From: Rhodospirillales bacterium | Lineage (GTDB): Bacteria; Pseudomonadota; Alphaproteobacteria; Micavibrionales; Micavibrionaceae | NCBI GenBank assembly: GCA_020638365.1 | Contig: JACKIQ010000005.1 | Coordinates: forward strand, 50,509-114,508 | DNA length: 64,000 bases | Reading direction: 5' to 3' | In this document: piece by piece, positions 19,512 to 28,719 of the stretch | How the letters are laid out: every line of letters starts with the position of its first letter | Numbering within the stretch: the stretch's first letter is position 1 | The notes under the pieces: generated by a model | Told to the model about the DNA's origin: nothing | Seen by the model: only the letters and a program-made list of their open reading frames with translations | Database searches by the model: none | Program-made: the position numbers and the translations under genes

Positions 19512-20353
19512 AATTTTGCCTCCTTGTGCTTGTTATGCTTTTGAATACGATCGCCCCACTGGTACGCTGTTCCGGGGAGAAGAAAGTCGATCAGGGGTGT
19601 AAACAGACATCCCGCAGCCAGCGCGATCATCAGCCCGTCCGTCCGGTAAAATCCAAACTGGATGACATAGGCGATGAGCGCCACCAGCAGGCCAAAAACC
19701 ACGCGCCCGGCAAACCTGTTCGGGATGGTTTTCGGATCGGAAATCATGAAAAAACAGAAAATCAGTAACGCTCCGTTTTGCATCTGATGAAGCGGAATAG
19801 ATAGCGGATCGCCCAGCCACAGCGCACGCCCGAACAGCGCTCCCATCCACATCAGGAAAAACATCGGTCCCATATCCCGCCGCGGGATCTGATAAAGAAC
19901 GAGCAAGGCCGCGCAGCACAGGAAAAACGCCAGCCAGACCCCCTGCCCCCACTGCCCCGGCGAAATCCAGACCACAGACGGAAACAGCAGGGTCAGAACG
20001 ACTATGGCCAAGTTGGTCGGGTTGAATAAGTGTTTTCCCCGGAACCGGATCAGGAACTTGCTGCCTACGACGATCAGCGCCCCCAGCGCAAAAAACCACA
20101 GGGACGAAGCCTTCAGAAGAATGCTGAGCGACATTCCGCTTATCAGCGGGCTGCGAAAGTCGAATCGGACCCGGAAAATTTTTGAAAACAGGGTTTGAAA
20201 AAACAGGCAGCCGCCTAGCGACAACAGGATAACAGGCACTTCCGGCCCGAAATCGCTTCCCGCGGATTGCAGGACAATAAGACTGGACAGAATAAGAATC
20301 TGGAAATGCCGCGGATCGCGGGCCATTTTTTCAAATAAACGGGAACCGGACAT
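19490..20353 (-). CDS. polytopic membrane protein, RnfD/NqrB-like
   Basis: Start at the internal ATG (MSGSRLFEKMARDPRHFQI). Multiple TM helices and a KHLFNPTNLAIV motif. Overlaps the DUF2330 gene by 22 nt. Confidence 0.5.
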   Translation of the reverse strand: MSGSRLFEKMARDPRHFQILILSSLIVLQSAGSDFGPEVPVILLSLGGCLFFQTLFSKIFRVRFDFRSPLISGMSLSILLKASSLWFFALGALIVVGSKFLIRFRGKHLFNPTNLAIVVLTLLFPSVVWISPGQWGQGVWLAFFLCCAALLVLYQIPRRDMGPMFFLMWMGALFGRALWLGDPLSIPLHQMQNGALLIFCFFMISDPKTIPNRFAGRVVFGLLVALIAYVIQFGFYRTDGLMIALAAGCLFTPLIDFLLPGTAYQWGDRIQKHNKHKEAKLCIHPTS

Positions 20354-20473
20354 TTTCGCCTCAAAAATACCTTTCACTACTAACAATAGGACGTCGATAA
20401 AAAAGAAGTCCTTGGAAAAATTTTTAAAAAAATATCTCTGCGGCAAAACTTCGCGCAACCGCCCATACCGCGC

Positions 20474-21160
20474 CTAATCTTCCGCGCCGCTGCGCCGCCC
20501 TTGTCCCTTGAGCGTATTGACTGCCGCCTCCGCCCGGCCCAGAGCCCTGTCAAGGGCGGCCATGGTTTTGGGCAGGTCCGGGCTTTCATCCTCCGCCCAG
20601 ACGCGCAGCACCTTGATATAAATTCCCGTCAGTCCGGCCACTTTCGCCGCGCCGGAAATCCCCGCAGTATCCGCTCCGGCGGCTTCGAGCATCCAGCTCA
20701 TCGACCGGCATACATGCGGCAGGGAAATAACAATCTGCTTGGGATCGAACCGGAAACTGCGCAAAACGGATTTAACCCCGACCCGGTAAGCGTTGAGCGC
20801 CTCGAAACGGTCCATTAAAAGGTCGAACAGGCGCTCGCGCACGCTGCTCTCCTCATCGGGATCGACCGAAACGTGAGCAAGCACACTCTTGTCGATCATC
20901 CGGCCCAGAGCGCAGAGTATGTCGGCCCGGTCCTCGAAATGCTCCCTTAATTCTTCCAGAGACACCCCGGAACGGGCCGCAACGTCGCGCAGAGTAACGT
21001 CTTCCCACCCCTGTTCCACGGCCAGACTAAGGGCTGCTTCGATAGCCTGAACCCGGATATCGCGCGCTTCATCCTTTTTTTTGCGGGTTTTTGCAGCCAC
21101 GGAATTGCCCTTTCCTTTGCTTTTCCTGTACAGAAGGAGGATAGAAAGATAAAACAACAT
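20474..21160 (-). CDS. TetR/AcrR family transcriptional regulator (start uncertain)
   Basis: The HTH region QAIEAALSLAVEQGWEDVTLRDVAARSGVSLEELREHF is typical of TetR_N. Confidence 0.75.
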   Translation of the reverse strand: MLFYLSILLLYRKSKGKGNSVAAKTRKKKDEARDIRVQAIEAALSLAVEQGWEDVTLRDVAARSGVSLEELREHFEDRADILCALGRMIDKSVLAHVSVDPDEESSVRERLFDLLMDRFEALNAYRVGVKSVLRSFRFDPKQIVISLPHVCRSMSWMLEAAGADTAGISGAAKVAGLTGIYIKVLRVWAEDESPDLPKTMAALDRALGRAEAAVNTLKGQGRRSGAED

Positions 21161-21190
21161 TTTTCGCTAACGTACAAGGAACGGAATACT

Positions 21191-22186
21191 ATGTCAGAAG
21201 CTTCAATCGCCGTAGTCGCGGTCGGCAACGCCCTCGTGGATGTCCTCTCGAAGGTTGACGATGCCTTTCTCGACGAACAATGCAAAAAATACGGCATGGA
21301 AAAGGGAGCCATGACCCTGATCGACGAACAGCGCGCAGTCGAGCTTTACACCCAGATGCCTGACAAATTAGAAGCCTCCGGCGGCTCGGCGGCCAACACC
21401 ATGGCCGGATTTGCGTCTTTTGGCGGCGTAGGCGCCTTTGTAGGCAAGGTCGCAGATGATACCGTGGGCCAGACCTTCAAGAACGATATGAACGGCATCG
21501 GCGTCAAATATAATACGCAGCCCCTCATCGCCGGTCCACCGACAGGACGATGCATGATTCTCGTTGCCCCCGACGGCCACCGGACCATGAATACGTTTCT
21601 GGGCGCAAGCGTGGAGCTCAGCCCCAACGACATCGACCGGAACCTGATTTTCTCCTCGAAGATCACGTATCTGGAAGGGTATCTCTTCGACCGGGAACTG
21701 GCGAAACAGGCATTCATCACCGCCGCTGAATACGCGCATCAGGCCGGTCACCGCGTGGCCCTGACTCTCTCCGATCCGTTCTGCGTGGATCGGCATCGTC
21801 ACGACTTCCTGACCCTTGTGGAACATCACGTGGATATCCTGTTCGCAAATGAAGAGGAAATCAAATCCCTCTACATGCAGCAGGACTTTAAAGACGCAAA
21901 AAGCGCTGTCGACGACCACTGCGAAATCGCTGTCCTGACCCGCAGCGAACACGGGGCTGTCATTGTCTCCGAAGGCAAGGAAATCTCCGTCTCCGCTGCC
22001 CCGGTCAAAAAGGTCGTAGACACCACCGGCGCCGGCGACCAGTTCGCGGCAGGTTTTCTTTACGGCTTTACACATGGGCGTTCGCTTGAGGAAAGTGGAA
22101 AGCTTGGCGCCCTTGCCGCAGCCGAAGTCATCAGCCATATCGGTCCTCGCCCGCTGATAAACCTGAAGAGCTTGCTGGCTGCATGA
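21191..22186 (+). CDS. adenosine kinase (PfkB family)
   Basis: 331 aa. Motifs VGNALVDVL, ASGGSAANTMAG and DTTGAGDQFAAGFLYG. Confidence 0.8.
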   Translation: MSEASIAVVAVGNALVDVLSKVDDAFLDEQCKKYGMEKGAMTLIDEQRAVELYTQMPDKLEASGGSAANTMAGFASFGGVGAFVGKVADDTVGQTFKNDMNGIGVKYNTQPLIAGPPTGRCMILVAPDGHRTMNTFLGASVELSPNDIDRNLIFSSKITYLEGYLFDRELAKQAFITAAEYAHQAGHRVALTLSDPFCVDRHRHDFLTLVEHHVDILFANEEEIKSLYMQQDFKDAKSAVDDHCEIAVLTRSEHGAVIVSEGKEISVSAAPVKKVVDTTGAGDQFAAGFLYGFTHGRSLEESGKLGALAAAEVISHIGPRPLINLKSLLAA

Positions 22187-22983
22187 ATATGAGTAAAAAA
22201 AAACCGGATCAGGAAGCCAAAAGCGTGGAAGAAACACCCGCGAGCCGCGCTTACTGTTCCGATATCCCGGCAAACGCCAGCGAAAAGATTGTCTCCTTCT
22301 ACACGGAGGATGAAAATGCCCGGGAACAAGGCGGTACGATCCACTACGAACGCCGGGAATATCTTCTGGACGGCGAACTGGTCGGTTACCGCCAGTTCGA
22401 CCACGAAGGCCGCTTGATTATCGAAACCCCGATGAAGGATATGCGCAAGCACGGGACGGAATATACCTGGTACTGGTACGCACCCGACTGTTTAAGCCTG
22501 TCCGAACCCTATGAAAACGGTAAGGTTCACGGCACAGCCCGCCAATGGACGATCGGAGGCGAGTTGATGGGCAGCTATACGCTTGAGCACGGAACCGGCT
22601 ACGATGTCTGGCGTATTCAAGACGAGGAAGACGGCCTCATTTACGTCTCGGAAATTCACGCGTTGCAGGACGGAAAACTCCACGGTTTTCAATATTGGCT
22701 GAACAGGGATCAGAAAACGATTGTCGGCGAACGTCACTGGAATGAAGGGTTCCTGCATGGGATCGAACGCCACTGGACCGACGACGGCCAGATGGCCGAT
22801 GGCTACCCCAAATTCTATATTGACGACCGCGAAGTCCCGAAAAACCTCTACATGGAGGAACAGCGCAGGGATGAGTCTCTTCCACGATACGACAAAAAAG
22901 ACGACATAAATGCACGCCATTTCCCGGAAAGCCTCCTGGCACGCCCGGTCGCCTTGGAATACAGCAAAAAACTAAATAGTTAG
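22183..22983 (+). CDS. MORN-variant (YwqK-like) repeat protein
   Basis: 266 aa. Repeated ..G(K/F)(L/V)HG...W motifs (YENGKVHGTARQW, QDGKLHGFQYW, NEGFLHGIERHW). The ATG overlaps the adenosine kinase stop (ATGA). Confidence 0.55.
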   Translation: MNMSKKKPDQEAKSVEETPASRAYCSDIPANASEKIVSFYTEDENAREQGGTIHYERREYLLDGELVGYRQFDHEGRLIIETPMKDMRKHGTEYTWYWYAPDCLSLSEPYENGKVHGTARQWTIGGELMGSYTLEHGTGYDVWRIQDEEDGLIYVSEIHALQDGKLHGFQYWLNRDQKTIVGERHWNEGFLHGIERHWTDDGQMADGYPKFYIDDREVPKNLYMEEQRRDESLPRYDKKDDINARHFPESLLARPVALEYSKKLNS

Positions 22984-23002
22984 AAAACGAAACGCCCAGA
23001 AA

Positions 23003-24340
23003 TCAAGCAATACCGTATGTGCTTGTGGAAACAGCGGGCGCCGCGTTATCGAACTGGCGGTCCAGACCTGGCCCCATGCCTTCGTTGAGCGCAATTCTCT
23101 GTAACGCAAGATCGTTATCGGCATGGCTGGCAAAAAATGCCGGAGCGCTGACCCCGCCTATTCGCTGGCTGGCCCCGCCCTCATCCCTCAGGGCGACCTC
23201 GACCTTCCCGCCATCGATCTCGCTGACATCCATCCCTGCGTAAGCGCTGGGCGTGGGTACAAAACCCGGACTCTCAAGCGCGGCCGTCTCGACTGGCTTG
23301 TTGTCCGCCTCGTTTGAAGCAAGCTGGGTTTCAGACTCCCCGGCATGCTCGGGTTCAAGCGCACCGTGATGGTGAGGTCCATGTTCTCTCTCCAACTCGC
23401 GCTCAATGCGACGGTCCGTAATCTGACGCTGAACCGCCCCTGAAAACGCCTCGATCGATTCCTTGACGTGCGGATTGGAATTCCCGTCAAACGCACCGTC
23501 GGCCAGAAGTTTCTTGATATGGCCGTTAAACTCCTCCGGCCGATCATTAAGCATCGTCGTCGCATCGGCAACCGAAATGCCCTGATCCGCCGCGACCTTG
23601 TTAATCATTTCACCCCGGAACGTGCGCGCCGCATTGATATGGTCGATAGTCGCCGGTCCGCTTTTATCAATCAAGATCGCCGTAGCGTGTTCGGGATCAT
23701 CCGCAGCGCCAAGAGCGCGGATATCAATCATGGCCTGAGCCATATCATCTAGCCCGTTCGCCCGCGCCCAGTTGATCGCGGCCTGATCTGCCCCGGCTTC
23801 ACGGCCAAGGGTAGCGACAAGAATCTGATCGTGAGTCATTCCGGTCGTATTTATGGGCGGCTGGTTGCAATGCGTTCCTTCATGAATACCGATAATACGG
23901 TCCCAGTGATCGTCCCAGCCGGGTATCTCGCGAATACGCTCCAGATCCTGCCGCGCTAAAAGTGGTAAAATCTCGTTCTTATGATTAAGGCTGCTGCCCT
24001 GCTCGTTAACAACACAGATCGGAATAGGCGAAGCGGTAGACCCGGCTGGCGGCTTGATTTCTGTAGGAACGGCGAACGGTCCGGAAGTAAGAGACAGAAC
24101 AACGGCAGTTCGAAGGTCAGCCGCCGTCAAGCCATTCGTAATACCGGGCATTTGCTCTTCAAGCATCTCGCGAACCTTAACCAGATCATCGGGATGAACA
24201 TTCCCCGTCTTGTCGAAATGCTCCCGGTTGAACTCATCCGGATCAAGGAATATGACAGGCCGCCCTGACGTCTCGCGAACACCGTCCTTGTAGTCGTCTA
24301 TAAACAGACTTTCCAGATCTGCAAAAAACCCTCTTCCCAT
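23003..24340 (-). CDS. hypothetical protein with an HExxH motif
   Basis: 445 aa with no signal peptide. IIGIHEGTHCNQ is a possible zincin motif. Ala/Gly/Asp-rich. Confidence 0.5.
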   Translation of the reverse strand: MGRGFFADLESLFIDDYKDGVRETSGRPVIFLDPDEFNREHFDKTGNVHPDDLVKVREMLEEQMPGITNGLTAADLRTAVVLSLTSGPFAVPTEIKPPAGSTASPIPICVVNEQGSSLNHKNEILPLLARQDLERIREIPGWDDHWDRIIGIHEGTHCNQPPINTTGMTHDQILVATLGREAGADQAAINWARANGLDDMAQAMIDIRALGAADDPEHATAILIDKSGPATIDHINAARTFRGEMINKVAADQGISVADATTMLNDRPEEFNGHIKKLLADGAFDGNSNPHVKESIEAFSGAVQRQITDRRIERELEREHGPHHHGALEPEHAGESETQLASNEADNKPVETAALESPGFVPTPSAYAGMDVSEIDGGKVEVALRDEGGASQRIGGVSAPAFFASHADNDLALQRIALNEGMGPGLDRQFDNAAPAVSTSTYGIA

Positions 24341-24399
24341 AATCGCTTACCCTGCTGTCCTTATTTTATACATAAAAAGAAACACACCGTATTATAAAA

Positions 24400-24825
24400 C
24401 TACATCTCCGGCTCTGGCGGGGGCTCCGCTGGCTCATCTTCTTCGGCATGCCTTTTTGCGAAGGGAACAACAAGCTGCTCCTGAATGAAAAGACCGCCCT
24501 CTTCCCCCGGATCGCGCGAAATAATAAACCCGGAACTGCCCTCAACAGGTTCGACCTTAAGCGATGTGTCCTCCAAAGCACCCTCGCCTCCAGCCTGAGG
24601 TTCATAGTTAAGGTTGCCTCCCGTAGGAGTAACTTTTTGCCGGGGAATACGCAAACCGCCCTCGTCTCCGGGTTCGCGTTCTATCGTGAAAGCCCCGCCA
24701 TCCTGCTCGGTCACGCTTATAGTTGAACCGTCACGCGTGTCAGCCTGCTGATCGGCGGACGCACATCCTGCCGTCGCTAGAATTGTCGCCAGAGCCACCC
24801 CCGCAAGTGTCGTCTTCTTCTCCAT
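24400..24825 (-). CDS. hypothetical lipoprotein with an internal duplication
   Basis: Start MEKKTTLAGVALATILATAGC (lipobox). Two related segments: GGAFTIEREPGDEGGLRIP and SSGFIISRDPGEEGGLFIQ. Confidence 0.6.
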   Translation of the reverse strand: MEKKTTLAGVALATILATAGCASADQQADTRDGSTISVTEQDGGAFTIEREPGDEGGLRIPRQKVTPTGGNLNYEPQAGGEGALEDTSLKVEPVEGSSGFIISRDPGEEGGLFIQEQLVVPFAKRHAEEDEPAEPPPEPEM

Positions 24826-25152
24826 AACACTCTCTTTCTTATAAATTCCCACCATTATAAGCTCTAAAAGGAAAATATGGCAAAGAAAACTTACCCTTCC
24901 CCGATAAATGAGAATATGAAGGCTTTCCTAAGGAATGAAATCCTTAACAGGAACACAGGCCAGACCGCAAACGCATAGGTTAAAAACGTCTGCGCGGTTC
25001 GAGAATCGGGATTGCACCCTCTTAAAAAATCTGCACAGACGCACACCGCCCGGCACAAAAAAAGAGACCCCGGCGATAAACACTGGGGCCTTTGAGGTTG
25101 GGGTGATAAGCTAACGAAACTACCAGATAATTTCGTTAGCAGCGGGTTGACC

Positions 25153-25290
25153 TTATCTACCGTATCCGGACCCCCTTTGTCCATTGTTATTTTTACGGAC
25201 CCGGACTGGAATTCTTTGTTTTTTGCGTGCAATAACAACCTGCGCGAACAGGGCGACAGAAGTAGCCAGTACTGCGGTTGCGATGAACAT
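25153..25290 (-). CDS. possible 45-aa small membrane protein
   Basis: MFIATAVLATSVALFAQVVIARKKQRIPVRVRKNNNGQRGSGYGR has one TM helix and a basic tail. It is flanked by a reverse-strand TTGACA-N18-TACACT (25380-25351), a 10-bp hairpin (25110-25140) and a T-run hairpin. Confidence 0.35.
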   Translation of the reverse strand: MFIATAVLATSVALFAQVVIARKKQRIPVRVRKNNNGQRGSGYGR

Positions 25291-25450
25291 TTAAAACCCT
25301 TTCGAAACGGCCCCTTTAACGGAGCGCTCATTCTTGTTGTCACTAAAGGCAGTGTATCAGCAACGCTTTGCGCCTGTCAAAATTTTAAATGATTTTTAGG
25401 AAAGATTTTTAACTTGACAAAAAAGCCTGACAAACCAGCAAATCAGCGCG

Positions 25451-26368
25451 TCATCCACCCAAAAGCGCATAAAAAGCTGCCGCTGCCGCATTGGAAACAT
25501 TAAGGCTTTTGATCGGCCCCGGCGCCGGCAGGCGTGCCAAAACATCGCAGTTTTCGCGGATTAGACGCCTAATTCCCTCGCCCTCGGACCCCAAAACCAG
25601 AACGACCTTCTCCGATTCGACTTCCTTGGCTGGCGGAGCCAGCAAAGCCGGCCCTGTAACAGTCTTCTGGCGCTTGACAGGACGCACCTCTCCGAGTGTC
25701 TGTTCGCCCCGCTCATCCAGACCGATCACGGTAAACCCTGATTCCTTAAGGTCCTCCAGCGCACGGGACAGATTCGTAGCATAAGCCACCCTCACATGTT
25801 CCACAGCCCCGCAAGCCGTCTTTGCCACGACCCCGTCCAGTTCCGGCGCGTGCTTCTTCTGCTGAATCAGCCCGTTCAGGCCGAATACGCAGGCACTGCG
25901 GAGAATCGCCCCCACATTGTGCGGATCCGTGACCTGGTCCAGCATGGCCAGAACGGTGCGCGGGCGCCCGTTCGCGGCGACGATCAGGTCCGAAAGATCG
26001 CACTCTTCCAGCGGCTGCGCAGCCAGCGCCACCCCCTGATGAACCGCCCCCTGCGGCAGGAGTTTCTCAAGCCTGCCCTTTTCGATCTCCTCCGGCTCCG
26101 GCCGGCGCAGGCCCTTGCCCCGCGCTTCCTGCAGGGTCTCCTCGAATCCCTTGATCGCCTGATCGGTCAGGTAAAGCGCTTCAATCACCCGCTCCGGGTT
26201 CAACCACGCTTCGCGCACGGCATGAAACCCGTACAGCGTCGGACGCTTATAGGCCTTCTGCGGTCCGTGCGAATGTGATGAAGACGGATTCGCAGACTTA
26301 TGCGAATGCGGCTTATGCGACCGTACTTTCGGTCCCTTCTTCGGTCCTTTGTGCGGACGGTGCTTCAT
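25451..26368 (-). CDS. rlmB: 23S rRNA (guanosine-2'-O)-methyltransferase RlmB (SpoU/TrmH family)
   Basis: 305 aa with a basic N-terminus. Motifs LYGFHAVREAW, DQVTDPHNVGAILRSA, LVLGSEGEGIR and SLNVSNAAA. Confidence 0.85.
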   Translation of the reverse strand: MKHRPHKGPKKGPKVRSHKPHSHKSANPSSSHSHGPQKAYKRPTLYGFHAVREAWLNPERVIEALYLTDQAIKGFEETLQEARGKGLRRPEPEEIEKGRLEKLLPQGAVHQGVALAAQPLEECDLSDLIVAANGRPRTVLAMLDQVTDPHNVGAILRSACVFGLNGLIQQKKHAPELDGVVAKTACGAVEHVRVAYATNLSRALEDLKESGFTVIGLDERGEQTLGEVRPVKRQKTVTGPALLAPPAKEVESEKVVLVLGSEGEGIRRLIRENCDVLARLPAPGPIKSLNVSNAAAAAFYALLGG

Positions 26369-26371
26369 ACG

Positions 26372-27232
26372 CTATTGCCTTTTCATGGTCATCTTAAACG
26401 CACCGCCGGGCTGCAGATAAGCAACCAAAGGAGCCTGATCATCCCGAAGCTCAAACGTGTAAACCGCACCGCTCATAGTCAGAGTGAACGTATTGCCGTC
26501 CTGCCTCCACACATTGACCTTGTTATAATCGTAATTCTTCGGCTCCGACCAGTTATAACCGGCGATGCCGTCCGCGCGGAAATGCATATAGGCCCCGTGC
26601 CGCCACAAGCGGATAATATCATTATCCTCTACGTTGACGACGGGAACGATAACGCCGTGCCAATAGCTGTCGACAAGCGAGCCCTTGGAGCTTGGGCTTG
26701 AAGATGGCGCTGTTTGTGGCTTCTCCACAACCGTATCAGACGCGGCAGCTACAGGAGATGAAGAAGGTCGAACAGGTATATTGCTGAAGGTCACGGGCTT
26801 CGATCCAATCCGAATACCGCGAAGATCCCAAATAACAAAAGTTCCCACGATGCTTCGCACCTGCGTGCTGTATGTCGGTAGGTTTTGAGCAACGAAATAC
26901 TCCGTATAAGGCTGCCCTGCGACCATCACTTTCCCGCCAACGGAACCGTCCTTCGTCTGCATCCGGTACTCCTTGCCGGTCTGATCCTGAATTGTGGGGT
27001 ACGCAATACCGGCCTTTTTATCCTGATACAGGCTGGTCATTTCAAATTCGCATTCCGCCGTCCGGTCCGGGGCAATCGAACACCACTTAGCCGTCACAAC
27101 AAAATCATCAACGCGAACGCTGTTCGCCTGGGTGTTCGGTAAAAAATTCTGCAATTGCGGTACAGAATTTGTTGTCTGACACCCAAACAGGAACAATGAA
27201 GAAAGCAGCATAAATGGTTGATGAAATTTCAT
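26372..27232 (-). CDS. hypothetical lipoprotein
   Basis: Start MKFHQPFMLLSSLFLFGC (lipobox). No other motif recognised. Confidence 0.55.
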   Translation of the reverse strand: MKFHQPFMLLSSLFLFGCQTTNSVPQLQNFLPNTQANSVRVDDFVVTAKWCSIAPDRTAECEFEMTSLYQDKKAGIAYPTIQDQTGKEYRMQTKDGSVGGKVMVAGQPYTEYFVAQNLPTYSTQVRSIVGTFVIWDLRGIRIGSKPVTFSNIPVRPSSSPVAAASDTVVEKPQTAPSSSPSSKGSLVDSYWHGVIVPVVNVEDNDIIRLWRHGAYMHFRADGIAGYNWSEPKNYDYNKVNVWRQDGNTFTLTMSGAVYTFELRDDQAPLVAYLQPGGAFKMTMKRQ

Positions 27233-27467
27233 GGTCAAAAACCCCGTAATCACAATTTAATAAGAAAAGACGCCCCAGACTATCGGGGCTTGACCCAGCC
27301 CTGTCAATCTTTCTATTGCCATAAGCAGCAATCCGGCCAAAAGGCAGGTTTTAACGGTCATTTTTGCTGAAATGGCATTTGTACACTTGACATCAAAAGC
27401 AAAATCTCTTTTGTTCTGTGTTCACAAATTCAACGGGCAGGCTTCTGACGCCTCCTGTTTCAAGAGT

Positions 27468-27553
27468 GGAGGGGTGGCCGAGTGGCTAAAGGCAGCAGAC
27501 TGTAAATCTGCCCTCTTCGGAGTACGTAGGTTCGAATCCTACCCCCTCCACCA
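27468..27553 (+). tRNA. tRNA-Tyr (GTA)
   Basis: GGAGGGG-TG-GCCGAGTGGCTAAAGGC, anticodon loop CTGTAAA, variable arm CTC-TTCG-GAG, T-loop GGTTCGAATCC, encoded CCA. Confidence 0.95.
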
Positions 27554-27665
27554 TGTTTTTCTATCCCTAATGCTCCGCACCCGCTTCCGGACTCTTAACC
27601 CTTTGACCTCGGGACTGCGGTGCCGGGCTTTTGGCCGACCTCCGCATCTCCGTCCATAAATAACC

Positions 27666-28664
27666 TCAGTACCCCATGATTAGCGGATGCGCTTCAAAAG
27701 ACATGCCCGTAACCCGGTAAAGCGAATGCAGCCGCTCCATGAGCGATTGCGAATGCGCGGCGATAATTTCGGGATCGCCGTTTCTGTGCCCCTGATGCCA
27801 GTTGATCACCGCCGCATCGTGTGAAATCTGCGTAATGGTCAGCAAATCCCGGTCGATTTTCGCGCCGCTCCGCTTCTCGTATTCGTCAATCGCGTAATCC
27901 AGCCCCGCATCGGGAATCATCGCGAAATCATAAAGGGCGTTCGCCCCCTGCCCGGCATAGCCCATATCGAACAACCCAGTGATCTCGTCATCGTCGTTCA
28001 CCCTGAAATTCCAGGGATGAAAATCGCCGTGATTAACTCCGGGAACGATATGCTCCCGCAGATAGCGGTCGCACCGGGCCAGGGCTTCGTTAACGTCCTG
28101 ATCGAATCCCGAAACGGGCATAACCCGCGCCCCGTAGTCGATTTCCTTTTGCTGCGGAACGACATCCGCGAGTAAAGCCTTGCCCTGCTCGTGAAAACTG
28201 GCCAGAACAGCGCCGACATTCCGGAAATGACGCTCGATAGCCCTTTTATCCGCGCCGGCCACAAAGCTCTCCCAATGGATCTCCTCGTCTTCGCATTTAT
28301 CCATCCGGTAGAGCGCAAAAGCATGGTCGCTCTGAGGCAACTCCGCCTCCCCATGGACATCGGGCGTGCGCGCGGTCGCAAAAACCCGGCCCTGTAATCT
28401 TTTGAGGACACCGACCTCATCCGTATAGACCGCTCGGGCCTTTTGCATGCCTTGCTCGCTCTCCGGCCTGAGCATGATCTTGCTGACCGTGCCGTCATGA
28501 TGATCGACCACAAGCCCGAACGACCCGAGGGCGACAACTTCGGAACCGGATACGTATTCGGGAATCTCGCCTTCAAGAAGTGAAAACTTTTTCTCGACAT
28601 GACGCTCCCACTGCGCGTCACGACCGTCTTCACCCTGCCCCGCATGTCTGAAAGAGTTTTTCAT
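27666..28664 (-). CDS. aminoglycoside/choline-kinase-type phosphotransferase (APH family)
   Basis: 332 aa. Catalytic-loop-like VNHGDFHPWNF and an ITGLFDMGYAG (DxG) motif. Confidence 0.65.
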   Translation of the reverse strand: MKNSFRHAGQGEDGRDAQWERHVEKKFSLLEGEIPEYVSGSEVVALGSFGLVVDHHDGTVSKIMLRPESEQGMQKARAVYTDEVGVLKRLQGRVFATARTPDVHGEAELPQSDHAFALYRMDKCEDEEIHWESFVAGADKRAIERHFRNVGAVLASFHEQGKALLADVVPQQKEIDYGARVMPVSGFDQDVNEALARCDRYLREHIVPGVNHGDFHPWNFRVNDDDEITGLFDMGYAGQGANALYDFAMIPDAGLDYAIDEYEKRSGAKIDRDLLTITQISHDAAVINWHQGHRNGDPEIIAAHSQSLMERLHSLYRVTGMSFEAHPLIMGY

Positions 28665-28719
28665 CTTTTCTTTTTGTATATGCTATTTCAATCTTGAAGC
28701 CCATTATAGGGACAGGCGC

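Noticed and set aside
24891-25343. 150-aa reverse ORF in the rlmB-downstream interval
   Set aside because: It has no SD and a Ser/Pro/Cys/Leu-rich non-protein-like sequence. It spans the promoter, hairpins and terminator that are better explained by the small 45-codon unit in another frame.
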